Positions 1 to 14,000 of a stretch of DNA of 64,000 nucleotides are shown here, in pieces (within the stretch, counting starts at the first letter, position 1; the number at the start of each line of letters is the position of its first letter). Position numbers and translations under genes: made by a program. The stretch is taken from NCBI GenBank assembly GCA_964016885.1, contig OZ024740.1, positions 361,026,001 to 361,090,000 of the forward strand, given 5' to 3'. The notes beneath the pieces are model-generated. The model was not told the DNA's origin. It saw only the letters and a list, made by a program, of their open reading frames with translations, and ran no database searches. Source of the DNA: Eledone cirrhosa (Eukaryota).

Positions 1-129
1 TCTCATACATTCAATATTATGTAAGATAATTATGTGAGATATAGCCTTTTCTGTGAAAATACAATATTAAATATAGAGTAATATAAATGCTAAAGGGTTA
101 AACAAAAGTCTACTTGTGAAATTAATGTG

Positions 130-356
130 CAAGTGGCCAAGCATTCTAAAGACACATGTACCGTTAATGTAATTATCAGTTTTAGCATGACTATATGACA
201 AGGCTGGCCATTTGAATCACAGGTACAACTAATTTTTGCCAGCTAAGTGGATTGCAGTAAGTGTCTTGCTTAAGAATACAACACACCACAGGGACTCAAA
301 CTCATGACCATATGATTATCAGTCAAACACCCTAACTACTAAGCCATGTTCCTTCA
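130..356 (-). mobile_element. tRNA-derived SINE (family A)
   Basis: Reverse strand begins GAAGGAACATGGCTTAGTAGTTAGGGTG...GAGTTTGAGTCCC (A/B-box-like head), homologous to copies at 5654 and 34456. Confidence 0.65.
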
Positions 357-534
357 TATGTATATACACACACACAAGTATGTATAGTAATCAAGCCGTG
401 AATAACATTAAATTCAAAGATGTCTTCATCTTGTTGAAACTTGTACTGACCATCATCATAAATTGACAATTAAGTTAATATTAAAAGGTGAATAGAAATA
501 AAGGTTCATAGCCTAAAGAATTGCTTTAATCTCT

Positions 535-612
535 TCAGTGCCATAGATGAGATAACTCGTCCTAACATGTATGCATTCCAGTGCCACGGACAAGATAACT
601 CATCCTAACATG
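535..612. repeat. short tandem duplication (~43 bp period)
   Basis: CAGTGCCA(T/C)..A..AGATAACTC(G/A)TCCTAACATGT occurs twice. Confidence 0.7.
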
Positions 613-881
613 TTTGAACTCTTTTCCAACAGTTCATAACTTCAAAGCGAGATGGGGTTACTAGTTCATTGATGTAACGTTTGTCAATTATTCAGAAATA
701 TGTTGTTAATAAACGTTTGTTTAAAAAAATAGTCATTTTACTGAAAAAAACCTGGCACAGCAAGTGTAGGTGTGTAAAATATGTGCAACAGTCAACAGGT
801 TTATGACAGTAAGAAATAGGTTTACTATTTTAAAGTTCTATTTCAGGCGTTTATAAAAAAAAATATGTAAACATTATATCA

Positions 882-1050
882 TAGTTGTACTTGTCTGGCA
901 AGTGACTTGATCTGAGACTGTGTCTTCAAACTAAATCAATTACTGCATGGAAGAGTAATTTTATCCACAGTTGTACTTGTCTGACAAATGACTTGATCTG
1001 AGACTGTGTCGAAGCTAACACAAGCTGACACAATTACAGCATGGAAGAGT
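882..1050. repeat. direct duplication (~87 bp period)
   Basis: AGTTGTACTTGTCTG.CAA.TGACTTGATCTGAGACTGTGTC...CAATTAC.GCATGGAAGAGT occurs twice. Confidence 0.75.
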
Positions 1051-1384
1051 CATTTTAGCTTTTATAATTCATTTCTTGGTGTTAAACTTTTTGTCACACT
1101 GCCTGCAACCTATTGCTGACAAATTGACCATGGTGCAGACAGTATGACAGATTTTGAGAAACATTTTTATGAATAATTCCAAACATTTGGAATAATTTTT
1201 TCTGCCAAAAGAAACAGGAGTCTTGACATTTTGAACAGCACCCTTTGTTGGACAGAGATGAAATGTTTACTGGTGCTACAGGTAAAATAGATTAACAATA
1301 GTAAAAATAAGGAATTATTATTATAACGGAAGAGTAGGATGAGGAAGAGTGGGAGGATGGGAATGTAAAGAGGTGGCAACAGTC

Positions 1385-1680
1385 AAAGTATTGGTGACAT
1401 ACCAAAAAGCGCTCAGTCCACACTGTAAAGTGGTCATTTTGGTGCCCTGACAAAAAGTACTGTCTCCACTGTTAAGTAGTCATTTTGGTGCCATGATAAA
1501 AAGCACCCAGTCCACACTGTAAATGTGGTTGGCATTAGGAAGGGCATCAAGCTGTAGTAACCAAGCCAGAAACGGTTCTGTATGAGCAAGACACGGTCAT
1601 CTGATCTAATTTGTCCTATAACAGGACAACTCGTTTAACCTATGCTAGCGTGGAAAATGGATGTTAAACAGTGATGATAA
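1385..1680 (+). mobile_element. RTE 3'-tail unit / SINE with RTE-derived tail
   Basis: AAAAGCACCCAGTCCACACTGTAAA subrepeats, GGAAGGGCATC core and ATGCTAGCGTGGAAA...GTTAAAC..TGATGAT end; same structure as the LINE 3' UTR at 32520-32805. Confidence 0.75.
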
Positions 1681-1795
1681 TACAACCTATTACAGATAGA
1701 AATGACTTATACAGGACTTATACTAGAACTGCTCCATTCATTGGAAATCATCAATACCTTATTTAACTGTGGTTTGTTTCTGTTCCTCTTCAGAC

Positions 1796-4078
1796 TCAGA
1801 AGTTCCTGCGTCTTGCGACACATGAGGCAATTATAGTGTTCCATCGCGTTCGGTCAGCAGCCAGTTGCACAGCGTCCCGCCATTGTCTGTTTGTCGCTCG
1901 CAGGTCCCTGTCAACTGTCTGGCACCAGTTCATTTTGGGTCGCCCTCTCCGTCTGCTTCCCTGCAGGCTCCATTTAAGTACTTGGTTCGCCAGTCTCTCC
2001 GGGGGAAGTCTCAAAGCATGTCCAAACCGACCCAGGCGTCGCTTGCAGATGGTAGAAGAGACTAGCTGCTGGTTGGTGCGGTTCCTGACTTCCTGGTTTG
2101 TTACATGGTCACTCCATTTAATCCTCAGGATCTTTCGCAGACATCTGGAATCGAATGCGTCCAACTTCTTCTCTTGGCTGGTCTTAAGGTGCCATGTTTC
2201 ACTTCCGTACAAGAGTGTGGACAGCACGTTGCTGTTGTTTTGAGGGTGAACTTCCTGCTCTTCCAGATCTTGTCAAGCTGGTTAAATGCTCCTGAAGCCT
2301 TTCCCATTCTACATTGTAGTTCACTGTCCATGGTGCCCTCATTGTTAATGGAGCTTCCTATGTAGGTGAAGTTGTCCACTATCTCCACCTTCCCCTGTTC
2401 AATGAAGACACTGGTTGGTGGTGGGTGTGTCCCAGATAACATGCTTTTGGTCTTCTTGGCACTGATATTGAGACCGAGCAGCCTTGATGCACGCCAGTAA
2501 CCACCTCAAACCAGTCACTGTAACCATCCTCTGTCTGTATGCAGCACTTGGAGTTTCCGTAAATCTGTTTGATTGCCGAAATGACTTTCTGGGGCAGACC
2601 ATACTCATGCATGATGTTCCAGAGCGACGGTCGATGAATGCTATTGAATGGTTTGAAGAAATCGATGAAGCTAATGGCGAGGGGCCTCTGGAATTTGTTG
2701 TACCTCTCAATGATGCGGCGTAGCGTAAAGATCTGCTCTGCACAGGAACGTTTTGGACGGAACCCTGCCTGTTGTTCTCGCAGTTCCCGGTCTACCATGC
2801 CACGTATGCGGTTCAGGATCACCAGACAATAGACCTTCCCTGGTATGGAGAGAAGTGTCACTCCCCTCCAGTTGTCACAATCGGCAAGGTTGCCCTTCTT
2901 GGGGATACAGACAACCGCTCTGTTTCTCCAGTCTTCTGGGACTTCACCCGTGTTCCACACAAGATTACATAAGTGGCCCATCCACTTGACCATGCTTTCG
3001 CCTCCTGACTTCAGCATTTCAGCAGAAATGCCATCCATACCTGGCGACTTGTTATTCTTAAGGGTTTTGATGGTCATGCGGACTTCCTTCTCGGTGAAGT
3101 CATCAGTATTGATAGGTAACAAACAAGTAGGTTCCTTAGTGTCTGCTGGCATACGTGGCTCCGGTCGGTTGAGGACTTCCTTGAAATGTTCAGCCCATCT
3201 GACTAACTTTTCTTCACCCTTGGAAAGCAGCGTACCATCTTTCGCTTTCACCAGGCCTGAGTTAGCTCTATGGCTGCCGGTGATTTTCTTGGCAATTTGG
3301 TACACAGAGCGCATGTCATTGCGTGTCGCAGCTGCTTCTGCCTCCTCTACCTTACTCTCAAGCCACATTCGTTTGTCCTTTTGGGCGCTGCATTTCACCT
3401 CCTTGTCCTTCTCAACATACTGCTGATATACTTTGATGGCCTCTGGGGTAGTGGCATGCCTCTGCTGGTGTAGGGCTTTCCTTTCATTAATCAGCTGCCA
3501 GGTGTTGTCGCTGACCCAAGCTTCTCTGAGGGACTTCCTGTAGCCCAGATTTCTTCCCCTGCAGCTTCCATGGTCTTCTTCATTTCCTCCCACCAATTGA
3601 CCAAGCCTGGTGCAGACTCCCCAAGGACAGCAAATCTGTTCCTCAAAGCAGCCTCGAACTGTGCTTCTGTGTCACCGTTCTTCAGCTTGGTAGTGCCTTG
3701 TAGTGGGTGCTTTCTTCTTCTGCTTCCTCAGTCTGATTTTAAGTTTGGTAACAGACAGATAGTGGTCACTGCAGACATCTGTGCCTCGGTAGACTCGGAC
3801 GTCCTGCAGGCAAGGAGTTCTCCTTTTTTGGGCCAATTGCAATGTTGGTCTATTTGCGTCTTGGTCCTGTGGTCGTTCGAAGCCCATGTGACCTTGTGGA
3901 TGTTCTTGTGGTCAAATAGTGACGAGCCGATTTTCATATTGTTCATGGCACAGAACTGGACAAACCTGTCCCCGTTGTCCATGCGGTTTCCATAAGCATG
4001 GGGGCCAAGGACATGTTTAAAGCCAACCCTGCTTCCCCCGATCTGTGCGTTCATGTCTCCCATGATGATGAGGAAAAC

Positions 4079-4080
<2 letters not shown>
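1796..4080 (-). mobile_element. RTE-clade non-LTR retrotransposon (family 1), 5'-truncated and frameshifted
   Basis: APE endonuclease fragment (IIMGDMNAQIG, SDHY), RT motifs (KSPGMDGI, NWRGVTLLS, QAGFRPKRS, FIDF, GVHQGC) and RTE C-terminus (LLYGSETW, GSRRRGRPK) split over several frames; no YADD motif visible in the ORF track. Confidence 0.93.

Positions 4081-4081
<1 letters not shown>

Positions 4082-4148
<67 letters not shown>
4082..4148. repeat. (AT)n microsatellite
   Basis: Pure AT run at the truncated 5' end of the LINE. Confidence 0.95.
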
Positions 4149-4151
<3 letters not shown>

Positions 4152-5653
4152 CCAATGGTACACAATTTATGTTGGACCAGTAACCTTTCGTGAATGAATG
4201 ATCAGAGAATCCTGAAGTAGATGCTGTATGGAGAGCTTTTAAGTAGAAACCACCCTCAGTATAAACCAAGGTTGCTGCTTAAGGAGTATGAAATGTCATT
4301 CTTAATAGCATTTGAAATAAGTGAGTTAAACTGTAAAAGATATACTTTTGATCAACTGCTATGGAGAAAACAGGATGGTGTGAATGCTTTTTTTAAAAAA
4401 AGCACACAAATCCTATGTAGAGCTATACAAAATTACACAGGTTGTAAAGTACATGGCTAAAGTTAAGCTGGTAATATTTGTGGTTGTATACGTTTTTCCA
4501 AGGCTGAGTTAACTCTTCACCATGAAAGTCATCAGGTCAGACAGTAAGTTGATGACAATAGATTGCATAACATCTATTGGTTGATTAAAAAGACAGATGA
4601 AAACAAAACAATATATTTCTGCATACAGATGTGCACATATGAAGCTTTGTTTGTAAGGTCTGCCAAAAGACATGTAGAAACTTAGTGGGCTTAAAGAGCT
4701 ATGGTCAAAAGCACTATCATTTCAATAGTCAGTGATGGTCATATATGTATGAGTATGTATGTAATTAAAAATAAATACATCAAAACAAAATAAATAAAAA
4801 AATTGCATACAAAAGAGCTAATTGCTTATAAGTCCTGTTAATTTCATAAAAATTAAGCCTATTAATTGCTTATGAATTAACACTGCGAATAAAGTTTTTA
4901 AAAATTTAGAAAATAATCCATGAATTTAAAGTGATATAGTAATATAACTAACTTTCTCATTATTACGTTGGTATCTGAAACAGCTAAACAAAAGTTCTTA
5001 CATAAAATTATGATAGAAGGTTCACTTCTTAGAACCAGGGGAGGTTTTAGACAGTGAGAATTTTTTAAGAAGGATTTTTAATTTAATGGACAGTCTGTTG
5101 TGAGGTGTGATTTTAGAGAGATTTGGCTACAATTTCTAGCAGTGAGTTTGTGTGCATTTCCATGTGAGTGTGTGATTCTGTGTTGAGTGGTGCATTTTGT
5201 ATTTTCCCTGTGTGTTTATGTGTAGGTGTGTGTGTGTGTGTGCATGCATCTGTAGTTGATAGGCAGTGATGGATAGAGATTTTGCGCAAAACACCCAGTA
5301 CATGGGGCAACATAATACAATGATATTTGATGCGACTTTGACCACTGGCTCATTGTCACCTTTTGTAGCACAATATGGGTAATTTATAAGAGTCATACTA
5401 GAGCTATGCCTAGTTGAGGGGGCAGAAAAGAAGGTACAAGCCAAAAAGCTAAATTGTTATAGATGAGATAGCAAGAGCCTTTTGAGAGTATTTTTGTCCT
5501 GAAGAACTAAAAAGCAGATTATGAGAAAAATAAAAACCTTTCATCATAATTTTATTTAAGCATCTTTGTTAAGTTATGTTCCAAACTCCAGCTTAATAAT
5601 GAGAAAGTCAGTTATTTTACTATTAGTATACCTTCTTTTAATTATTGTATGTG

Positions 5654-6000
5654 TGAAGGCATGTGGCTTAGTGGTTAAGCTGCTGGACTCATGATTGTAA
5701 GATTGAATTCAATCCCCAAACCAGCTTGTGCATTGTGTTCTTGAGCTTTATTTCACATTGCTCCCATTCACTCAGCTGGAAAAAATGAGTTGCAAAGACA
5801 TTGGTGCCAAGCTATAATGTCCTGTGTCATATATAGTATATAGAGTATATGAGTTGCAAAGACACTAGTGCCAAGCTGTATCAGCATTTGCCTATCTCTT
5901 AGACAACATCAGTATCATGGAGAAGGGAAAGTGGTATGCATGGGTAACAGCTGGTCTTCCACAAAACACTTTGCCCAGGCTTGTGTCATAAAAGGGCAAA
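5654..6000 (+). mobile_element. tRNA-derived SINE (family A)
   Basis: GAAGGCATGTGGCTTAGTGGTTAAG A-box-like head, then TTGTGTTCTTGAGC...GGTCTTCCACAAAACA body shared with 34140-34456. Confidence 0.7.
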
Positions 6001-6721
6001 CCATGACCAGTTGGTCAATGGGTGCCTATTACACCATTTTTAACCTATCCGTTATATAACATCCAGGCATAAGCTAAACAAACTACAGCTTAGGGCATCA
6101 CAATCCATAGGGGCCTCAAATTAACCCTTTCATTACTAAATTTTTAATAAAAGACACAGACTATGTGTTCCAATTAAATCTGAAAGTAATCAAGAATTTG
6201 AAGAAATTTAGTAAAATAAATCACTTTTTTAATAAAGCTGAGAATTGGAAGGTTTAAATTTAAATGTAAACAATTTAAGTACAATCACAAGCAATTTCAG
6301 GCTCCTAGGTATGAAAAGGGCTAAAAGGTTTGTTTTCAATTTTCGTGGGATCTGATCTGATGTCCTTTATTTAATAAGAAGGCCATCAAATTTTAAATAG
6401 TTTAGGGTCCCACCAAATCTAAGTCAAGCAATAGTCCTTCCTTCTTTCTTCATTTTATATCACCTTGTCCAGCTTCATATATATTATGACCCACCTTGTG
6501 TTTCTAATATTATACACTATGTGAATTCTTTGTGACAAATAAACAACATTACAATTATTACTATTTAGGAAGCACCATTAGTTGTCCCACTGGTTTTATT
6601 TCCAAAGATGACAGGAAAATCTACTTCCTTCCAATCCTGAGATAGAAGAGAAAACTACATCACACATGGTCTCGGAGGTGAAAGATGCTGAAATTTCTAA
6701 GTGTACCACCCAATTAACTCA

Positions 6722-6910
6722 TAATTGTTTCTACTTTGGGCACAAGGCCAGCAATTACCCAGTACATTACTGGTACTTTATTTTATCGACCCCGTAAGGA
6801 TGAAAGGCAAAGTTGACCTCGGCGGGATTTGAACTCAGAATAGAAAGGGCCGTAACTATGTGTTAAAGCATGACATCCAACCCTCTACCGATACTGCCAA
6901 TCCACCCATA
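6722..6910 (-). mobile_element. tRNA-derived SINE (family B, Meta-domain-like core)
   Basis: Reverse strand: TTGGCAGTATCGGTAGAG...GAGTTCAAATCCCGCCGAGGTCAACTTTGCCTTTCATCCTTACGGGGTCGATAAAATAAAGTACCAG. Confidence 0.8.
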
Positions 6911-9261
6911 ATGATGAGGATGAAATGGAGGGTGAGGAAGGCCAGCAAGCTGTTGTAACAGAAGTAGAAAAGAAGAGAAAAAAGAGAAATAGAACAAAAA
7001 ACATCTCTATCAGAAATCTTCAAAAAAAGAGGTTCAAAGGTGAGAATCCCTGAAATACATAGTGGTCAGAACTAACAACACTAGGCTGCCTAGAGGAAGT
7101 AAACATGTGATATGTGGATAGACACAGAAATAAAGGATTGCTACCAAGAGTACCCCAATTATAGACTCTTACTTTTAACAACAAAAAAAAAAGTATATGA
7201 AAAGATAAAGTAATTATGTCCAGAAAATGTGGGTGTTTTTGTTGAACCCACTGAAGAAATGCTTACAAGGAATGTTGCCAGGCGTCGGAGCTTCAATGTA
7301 TCCATGCCCAGGGAAGCAAGGCATTCAGAGTATTGCCCCTACCCTCCCTTTATATAATTTTGTGTGTCCAGCTGCAAATGCATTGTAACTCCTATATTTA
7401 TAATGCTTACTGTATTATATGCGCAAAGCCGTGTGACCAAGATCAGGAAAATAAAATACCAGTCAAGTACAGGAATCACTATATTCAACATTTCCTCCCA
7501 CACCCAAATTACTAGCCTTGTGCCAAAATTAGGAACCATTTAATGTCATTGTTATTATTATTATTACTATTAATATTGTTGTAATTGTTATTATCATTAT
7601 TACTAAATGATGGCCTTGTGCCAAAAGTAGAAATAATTATTACTAAAGTCAAGCTGTTAGGCTGTTGTCATTCATTAATTTTGTTCAAAGATATTTCCAT
7701 TGCTTTTCGCATTGTCATCGTTATTGATGATGTTAAACTGCTTCCGGTTACTTCAATACTGGTTCTTCTCTCTGCAGACATATTGGCAACAGCAATAGTT
7801 ACAACAGTATCAACAGAAAAAGAAAAAAAAACAGCAGCAACAATGACAATATTAACAACAACAACAACTACTACTACAACCAAAGCTACAACGCACCCAA
7901 AATTAAAGATGTTAATTTTGTGATGGAGAAGAAAGAAAAATAAATTCTTCTATCTTCTATTCTTATCACCCCCACCCACCCACCCACACACACACACACA
8001 CTCTTTCTCTCTCTCTATTTAGGTTTGGATCTGGAATTTGCAATCAATTATTTTGGATACCAGTCAAAGAATTCTTGTTTACACTCAGCTATATTCTTCA
8101 ACAATATGGCACAGTGAGGAACAGAAAATATCAAAAATACCAGCACAATGTCTGCATATGTGTGTGTACGTGTGGGCGTGTGTGTGTATGTATGTAAGTG
8201 TATGTAATTCATATTTCCAAATTTTCTTTTTTTTTTGTGTATATCCATGTCTATTAGAGATGAGTGAGTGTGTATATGTGTGTATATGTGTGTATGTATA
8301 TATATATATATATATATGCATGTATATAAATATAGGTTTAGCTGTGCAAACAAGAGAAACAAAATTCAGTGCATGGGTAAGGGTGATGTATAATTATTTT
8401 ATTATAGCTGTGAAGCTATACCAGTGACTCCAGGGTTTAAATACACTCTTCAAAATGAAGAGTGCATTTAAGCCTAAAACTCACTTGGTTGATATGATAA
8501 AACACACCCAGTGCAGTCTGTAATGTGGTTGGTGATAGGAAGGGCATCCAGCCATAGAAAAGTTGCCAAACGAAGGGTTGAGAGGACACTTCAGTTGTAT
8601 CAGAGACATGACAATCTCCTTAGTGCAGATGACATTATCGAACAACAAGTAAACAAGGAGAAATTGCTAATTAACAAATATAATCTACACTTAAAAATTT
8701 AAGTATAACAAACTCTCTGCCATAAACTGCTGTGACTTTTACAGTTTTAGGATTTATAACCAAAGTGCTAATGTTCTATCACAACATATGACAATAAAGC
8801 CACAGATTAGATGAATTTAATTTTACAATAAAGACTATGATTAGCTACATGTGAAAACTAGATGATAAATGGTAATAAATATTGCTATAAACTCTATATA
8901 ATAGTTATAATCTGTGGAGCATAAATTGTATTTGTTGTTTAATATTAGATATACTATTTGTGTGCATTTTCATTGTTATTTTATGTGTGTGTGTAAGCGT
9001 GGGGGGGGGGATGCACGCACACACACACACACGTATATAGATAGATATCCATAGGAAAATATCAATATCGACAACAGGCTGTCTTAAAATATGTGCTAAA
9101 CATATTTACACGTTTCATCAGTAATGAAGAAGACACACAGACAAGCCGGATAGCTAGCCAACAATACAGATGGATAGCTAAGTATCTAAGTAGCCAGACT
9201 AGCAGAATAGTAAAAGACCCCACATTGATAGGAAATTACTACAGAATACTTATTTGTAATC

Positions 9262-9318
<57 letters not shown>

Positions 9319-9639
9319 ATAATACCAATTAAGTGACTTTAATAATAAAAATTTCAGTTCTCCATTCACCTACACAAATATATACATATACTATACCACA
9401 CATACACAATATATACCATGATTTAAATTTGTTTTTTCTTTACACGTTTTCCGTGTGTGTGTGTGTGTGTAAATATATACATACATATGATACAAGTATA
9501 CACACACACATACCCTAACATCTATCAGTTATATTAAGATTCATCTATGTAATGAAGTAGATTTGGATGGGTTAGTCATCTCTTCCACTTAAGATGGTGT
9601 CTGCTGATGATAGCCTAGTCAGTGTGGCGATCAATGCAG

Positions 9640-10075
9640 CAGCTATAATACATAACATAGCATAGAACACAACATATACAACACCACAATATAGAATATA
9701 ACACATACAATACCACAACATAGAATATACAACACAACCATTTTTCAGAACAACAACTCAACATACAACCAACATGCAGAACAACAATACAACACACAAC
9801 TATCTTGCAAAACAACAATACATCATACAACTATCTCACATAACAACATAAACATACAATTACCTTGCAGGATAACAACAACAACAACATACAGCCACCT
9901 TTCAGGACAACAACACATCACACAACTATATTGCAGGACAACATAAACATACAGCTATCTTCCAGGACAACAACACAACATACAACCATCTTGCAGGACA
10001 ACAACACAACATACAGCAGAACACATAACATACAACACAACATACAACATGACACATATGACATATAGCACAACA
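9640..10075. repeat. degenerate ACAAC/ACAT minisatellite
   Basis: Repeated CAGGACAACAACACAACATACAAC-like units. Confidence 0.8.
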
Positions 10076-10669
10076 GAATGATTTCCATGACCCAAAGAAT
10101 GTGTCTCTTCATAGTTGCTCTTCCTGCTCTAACAGCTAAATTGCCCTCAAATCACAGCCTACTATCTTAACCCACTTGAAACGGTTCCTAGATTTATGAT
10201 ACAAAGCTGTTTATTTTAATGTGTTTATATTTATTTAAAAACCTTACATCATAATTATATGTAAAAACCTTTGTCAAGTTATCCCCAAATATCAGCTTAG
10301 TAATGATAAAGTTATATCAAATCCCTCCAAAAATCTTGATTCATCATCATCAGCACCATCATCATTGTCATTTTAACATCCGCTTTCCCTTCTAGCAAGG
10401 GTTGGACTGATTATTTTTGAAATTGTTTGAAAATAATTGACAGTGTCTTTCACTAGAAATATGTTAACAGAAGAATTTTTAATAAAATGAAGGATATGTT
10501 GGATAATGTTGTTCTGGTTACACTATGTCAAGGAAACAATGATAGCATGATCACACAGTGGAATGTCTTTGACCCTGGGATTGCTCTGATGCTAAATAGC
10601 AACAGTAACATTTCCTCACAGAATGAGGACAGAAATTTACTGTTATGTGGATTACAAAATAATAATGGT

Positions 10670-12000
10670 TTCTGATTTAGGCACAAGGCCAACAATTTTG
10701 GGGAAGGGGAAAGTCGACCAAATTAACCCTAGTGCATTACTGGTACTCTATTTTATCAACCCCGTAAGGATGAAAGGCAAAGCTAGCCTCAGTGGGATTT
10801 GAACTCAGAATGTAAAGGGCCATAACTATGCTGCAAAGCAGGGTGTCCGATGCTTTTACCAATACTGCCAATTCACCGCCCTTGATTACGAAATAATAAT
10901 AATAATTTATTTTATTGACCACAAAAGCACACAATGCATACAAAGACAAAAAACAACAGAAAGTGAGGTTTACATTGAGTAGAGGGAAGGGAAATCAACA
11001 AGGGGAAAACAGTAGATATAACAATAATTGCAACAAGTAGTAATAATTCTTAACCACATTTACAGATGGACAACAATCTGGGAGTGGGGAAAGTTGATTA
11101 AATCAACCCCAGAGCTTCATTGGTACTTTATTTTATCAACCACGGAAGAATGAAAAGCAAAGTTGACCTTGGCAGAATTTGGAATCAGAACAAAGAAATT
11201 TGTAACTAAACACCGCAAAGCATTCTGACCAACACTCTAACATCTCTGCTAATCAAATGCCTTTTATTAGCCACAAAGGGTTGACATCAAGAAAACAACA
11301 AAGATCGCACAGAGCGATACAATGTGGGTTTTTTCATGTAAAAAGTGATACTAGGAAACAAAAACATGTAAAAAAACCATGTAAAAAAAATTTCAAAGGA
11401 TAATTCCCCAATAGGAGAGAGACGTCTAATGGTGAAAGCTCACAATATACCACAGTCATCTTGACCGCTAAAGCAAAGGTCTCCTTCCAGCTGTCCTCCT
11501 CAAATCTACAGGTACATACTCACTTGGACCATGCTCACCAATCTTATCCAGCTTTCAGCAAAATGGATAATAATAATAACGCTTTCTGATTAAGTCACCA
11601 TTCCAACAATTTTAGGGGTGGAGAAAGTTGACTAAAGCATCCCCAGTGCATTACTGGTGCTTTATTTTATCGACTCTGTACGGATGACAGGCAAAGCTAA
11701 CCTCAATGGGATTTGAACAAAGAACGTAAAGGGCCGTAACTCTGCGCTGCAAAGCATATTGTCAGATGTTCCACTGATACTGCCAATCTACCACTCTTAC
11801 TACGAATAATAATAATTTCTTTGTTAACCACAAAGGTTTACATGAAGAATACAGTAAGAATGGCAGAAGATGATACAGGATGATTAATAATAATTGTTTC
11901 TGATACAGACCCAAAGGAATTAAATTGGGTGAAGGGGTCAATCAATAAATCATTCCCAGTACATGACTGGTACATTGTTTTATTAACACTGGAAGGATGA
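10670..12000 (-). mobile_element. cluster of family B SINE copies
   Basis: About four copies (near 10670-10882, 11080-11260, 11580-11800, 11895-12000) with the TGGTACTTTATTTTATC...GGATGAAAGGCAAAG core. Confidence 0.75.
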
Positions 12001-13009
12001 ATGAGCAAAGTAGACAATAAGGATAAGAGATAAGATTAAATATTTAGCCATTGTATGAAATATTAAGGAAATCCATGTATATTAGTGATGAAGTTAAGAG
12101 GGGAGGGACATAAGATTACACATGGGGAGGTGAAGGAGTAAAGGATAAAGTGCATTAGTATTAGGTATCTTTTATTCTATGTGTAAATATATATACACAC
12201 ATTTCTTACAGGATGTGTTGAATTTTAGGTTTGAATATATAACCTTCTAATATGAGTGCGCATATTTGTGTAAACATGAGTGAGTGAGTGTGTGTGTGTG
12301 TGGTCATATGAATTTTCATATGCATGTATGCAATCTAATATGGGTGTGCACATCGAGCGTAAGTTTGTTGTATGTTTGTGTGTAAAGCATTGTGCTTGTG
12401 TATGTGTGTGAGTGTAAAACATTGGGTATGCATAAACTGCATCATTGAATATGAGTATATCATTTCCTTGTGACGTATATGCTTATATAATGTATGAATG
12501 TATAAGTGTGTTTATATAATGTATGTATGAGTGTGTTTATACAATGTATATATATATGAGTATGTATATTTATAAAATATATAAGCAAAGGGCCAGGAGG
12601 GCCATTCAGCTATGTTAATAACATGACAATCTCCCTAGTGTTGGTGATCTACATGATAAATGCACACAGTACATGCTATAAAGTGGTTGGTGATAGGAAG
12701 ATCATCCAGTCATCAATAGCTTGCCAAATAAAGGGTTGGGAGGACTGTTTAGTTGTGTCTGTCAAAGGCATGACAACCTCTTTAGTGTTGGTGACACAAG
12801 CAAAGGCACTCAGTAGGAGGTAGGGGTGGTTAGTGGGTAAGAGTGGAGTAGGAGGAAAAGAGCTGAAACTGCTTGGTGCCATGGTCAGGATTTTAATTAT
12901 CTTATACTCACTCTGCATCTCCCCATGCATTGAGTACTCCCATGATAAGTGGTCTCCACCGTCTCAGCATTGCAGACTCTCTCTCTCACTCTCATATATA
13001 TTATATATA

Positions 13010-14000
13010 TATAACAAAATGCTTTTCTCTCCAAGTGAAGGGTAAACTGTATGATGTCTGTGTGTGAACTGCAATGTTACATGGCAGTGAAACATGGGCT
13101 TTAACTGCAGCAGATCTGTGGTGGCTAGAAAGAAATGAGTCAAGTGTGCTCCGATGGATGTGTAATGTTAGTGTGCTTGAGCGACATAGCATAAGCAAAC
13201 TGAAAGAAAAACTTGGCATAAGAGAAATTGGTTGTAGTGTGTAAGAGAGAAGACTGCGTTGGTATGGTCATGTGATGCGTATGGAAGATAGCAACTGCAT
13301 AAAGAAATGCAGAGAAACCCCAGTGGCTGGGACATGTAGAAGAGGCAGACCCAGGAAGACATGGGATGAGGTTCTAAGAGCTGACCTTAGAAAGCTAAGC
13401 CTTACAACAGAAATGACTAAAGACCGCTAGGGCTGGCGTACGCAGTGCTGAAGAAAACCCGACCTGCAGCTTACAATGTGACCTGACTTACCCTACTCCT
13501 TCTACTAGCACTCGCTAACAGTTATTCTCAACTTCCTTACTTCAACACCCCCACCCACACACATTCCTGGCAGCCACACACCTACCCCGCCCCATGAAGT
13601 GGTCGGTGATAGGAAGGGTTTCCAACCATGGAGAGTTTGCCATGCAAACAAACAAAGGGTCAAGAGGACCCTCTAGTCATGTCAAGGGCATGACAACCTC
13701 CCTAGAGTTGATGATTTACAAAATAAATGCACTCAGTACACACTGCAAAGTGATTGGTGATAGGAAGGGCATCCAGCTATAGAAATCTTGCCAAGCAAAG
13801 GGTTTGGAGGACCCTCTGTTATGTCATAAGTATGACAACCTCTCCTGAACACTCAGTGGAAGGTGAGACTATACATAAGCACACAGGTCCCTAGCTTTCC
13901 TGGGAGATCAGTGGCTACACTTCAGTAGTGACTTGGTCTATATAGACCCATCCAACCCTTACTAGCAGGGAATGTGGACATTAAAATGACAATGATCATA
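13010..14000 (+). mobile_element. 3' fragment of RTE family 2 LINE with 3' UTR
   Basis: MLHGSETWAL, LRWMCN, RLRWYGHV and GRPRKTW-like motifs homologous to 32050-32510, followed by tail units ending GATGAT. Confidence 0.85.

Noticed and set aside
2845-3426. 193-aa plus-strand ORF (similarly 31263-31895 on minus)
   Set aside because: Antisense shadow ORFs of LINE coding sequence.
5654-5730. tRNA gene
   Set aside because: Only A/B-box-like head with no complete cloverleaf; continues into a SINE body with multiple copies.
7668-7883. Candidate RUFY RUN-domain exon
   Set aside because: No ERxNL/KLSIK motif, ends in a stop, and begins in simple repeat.
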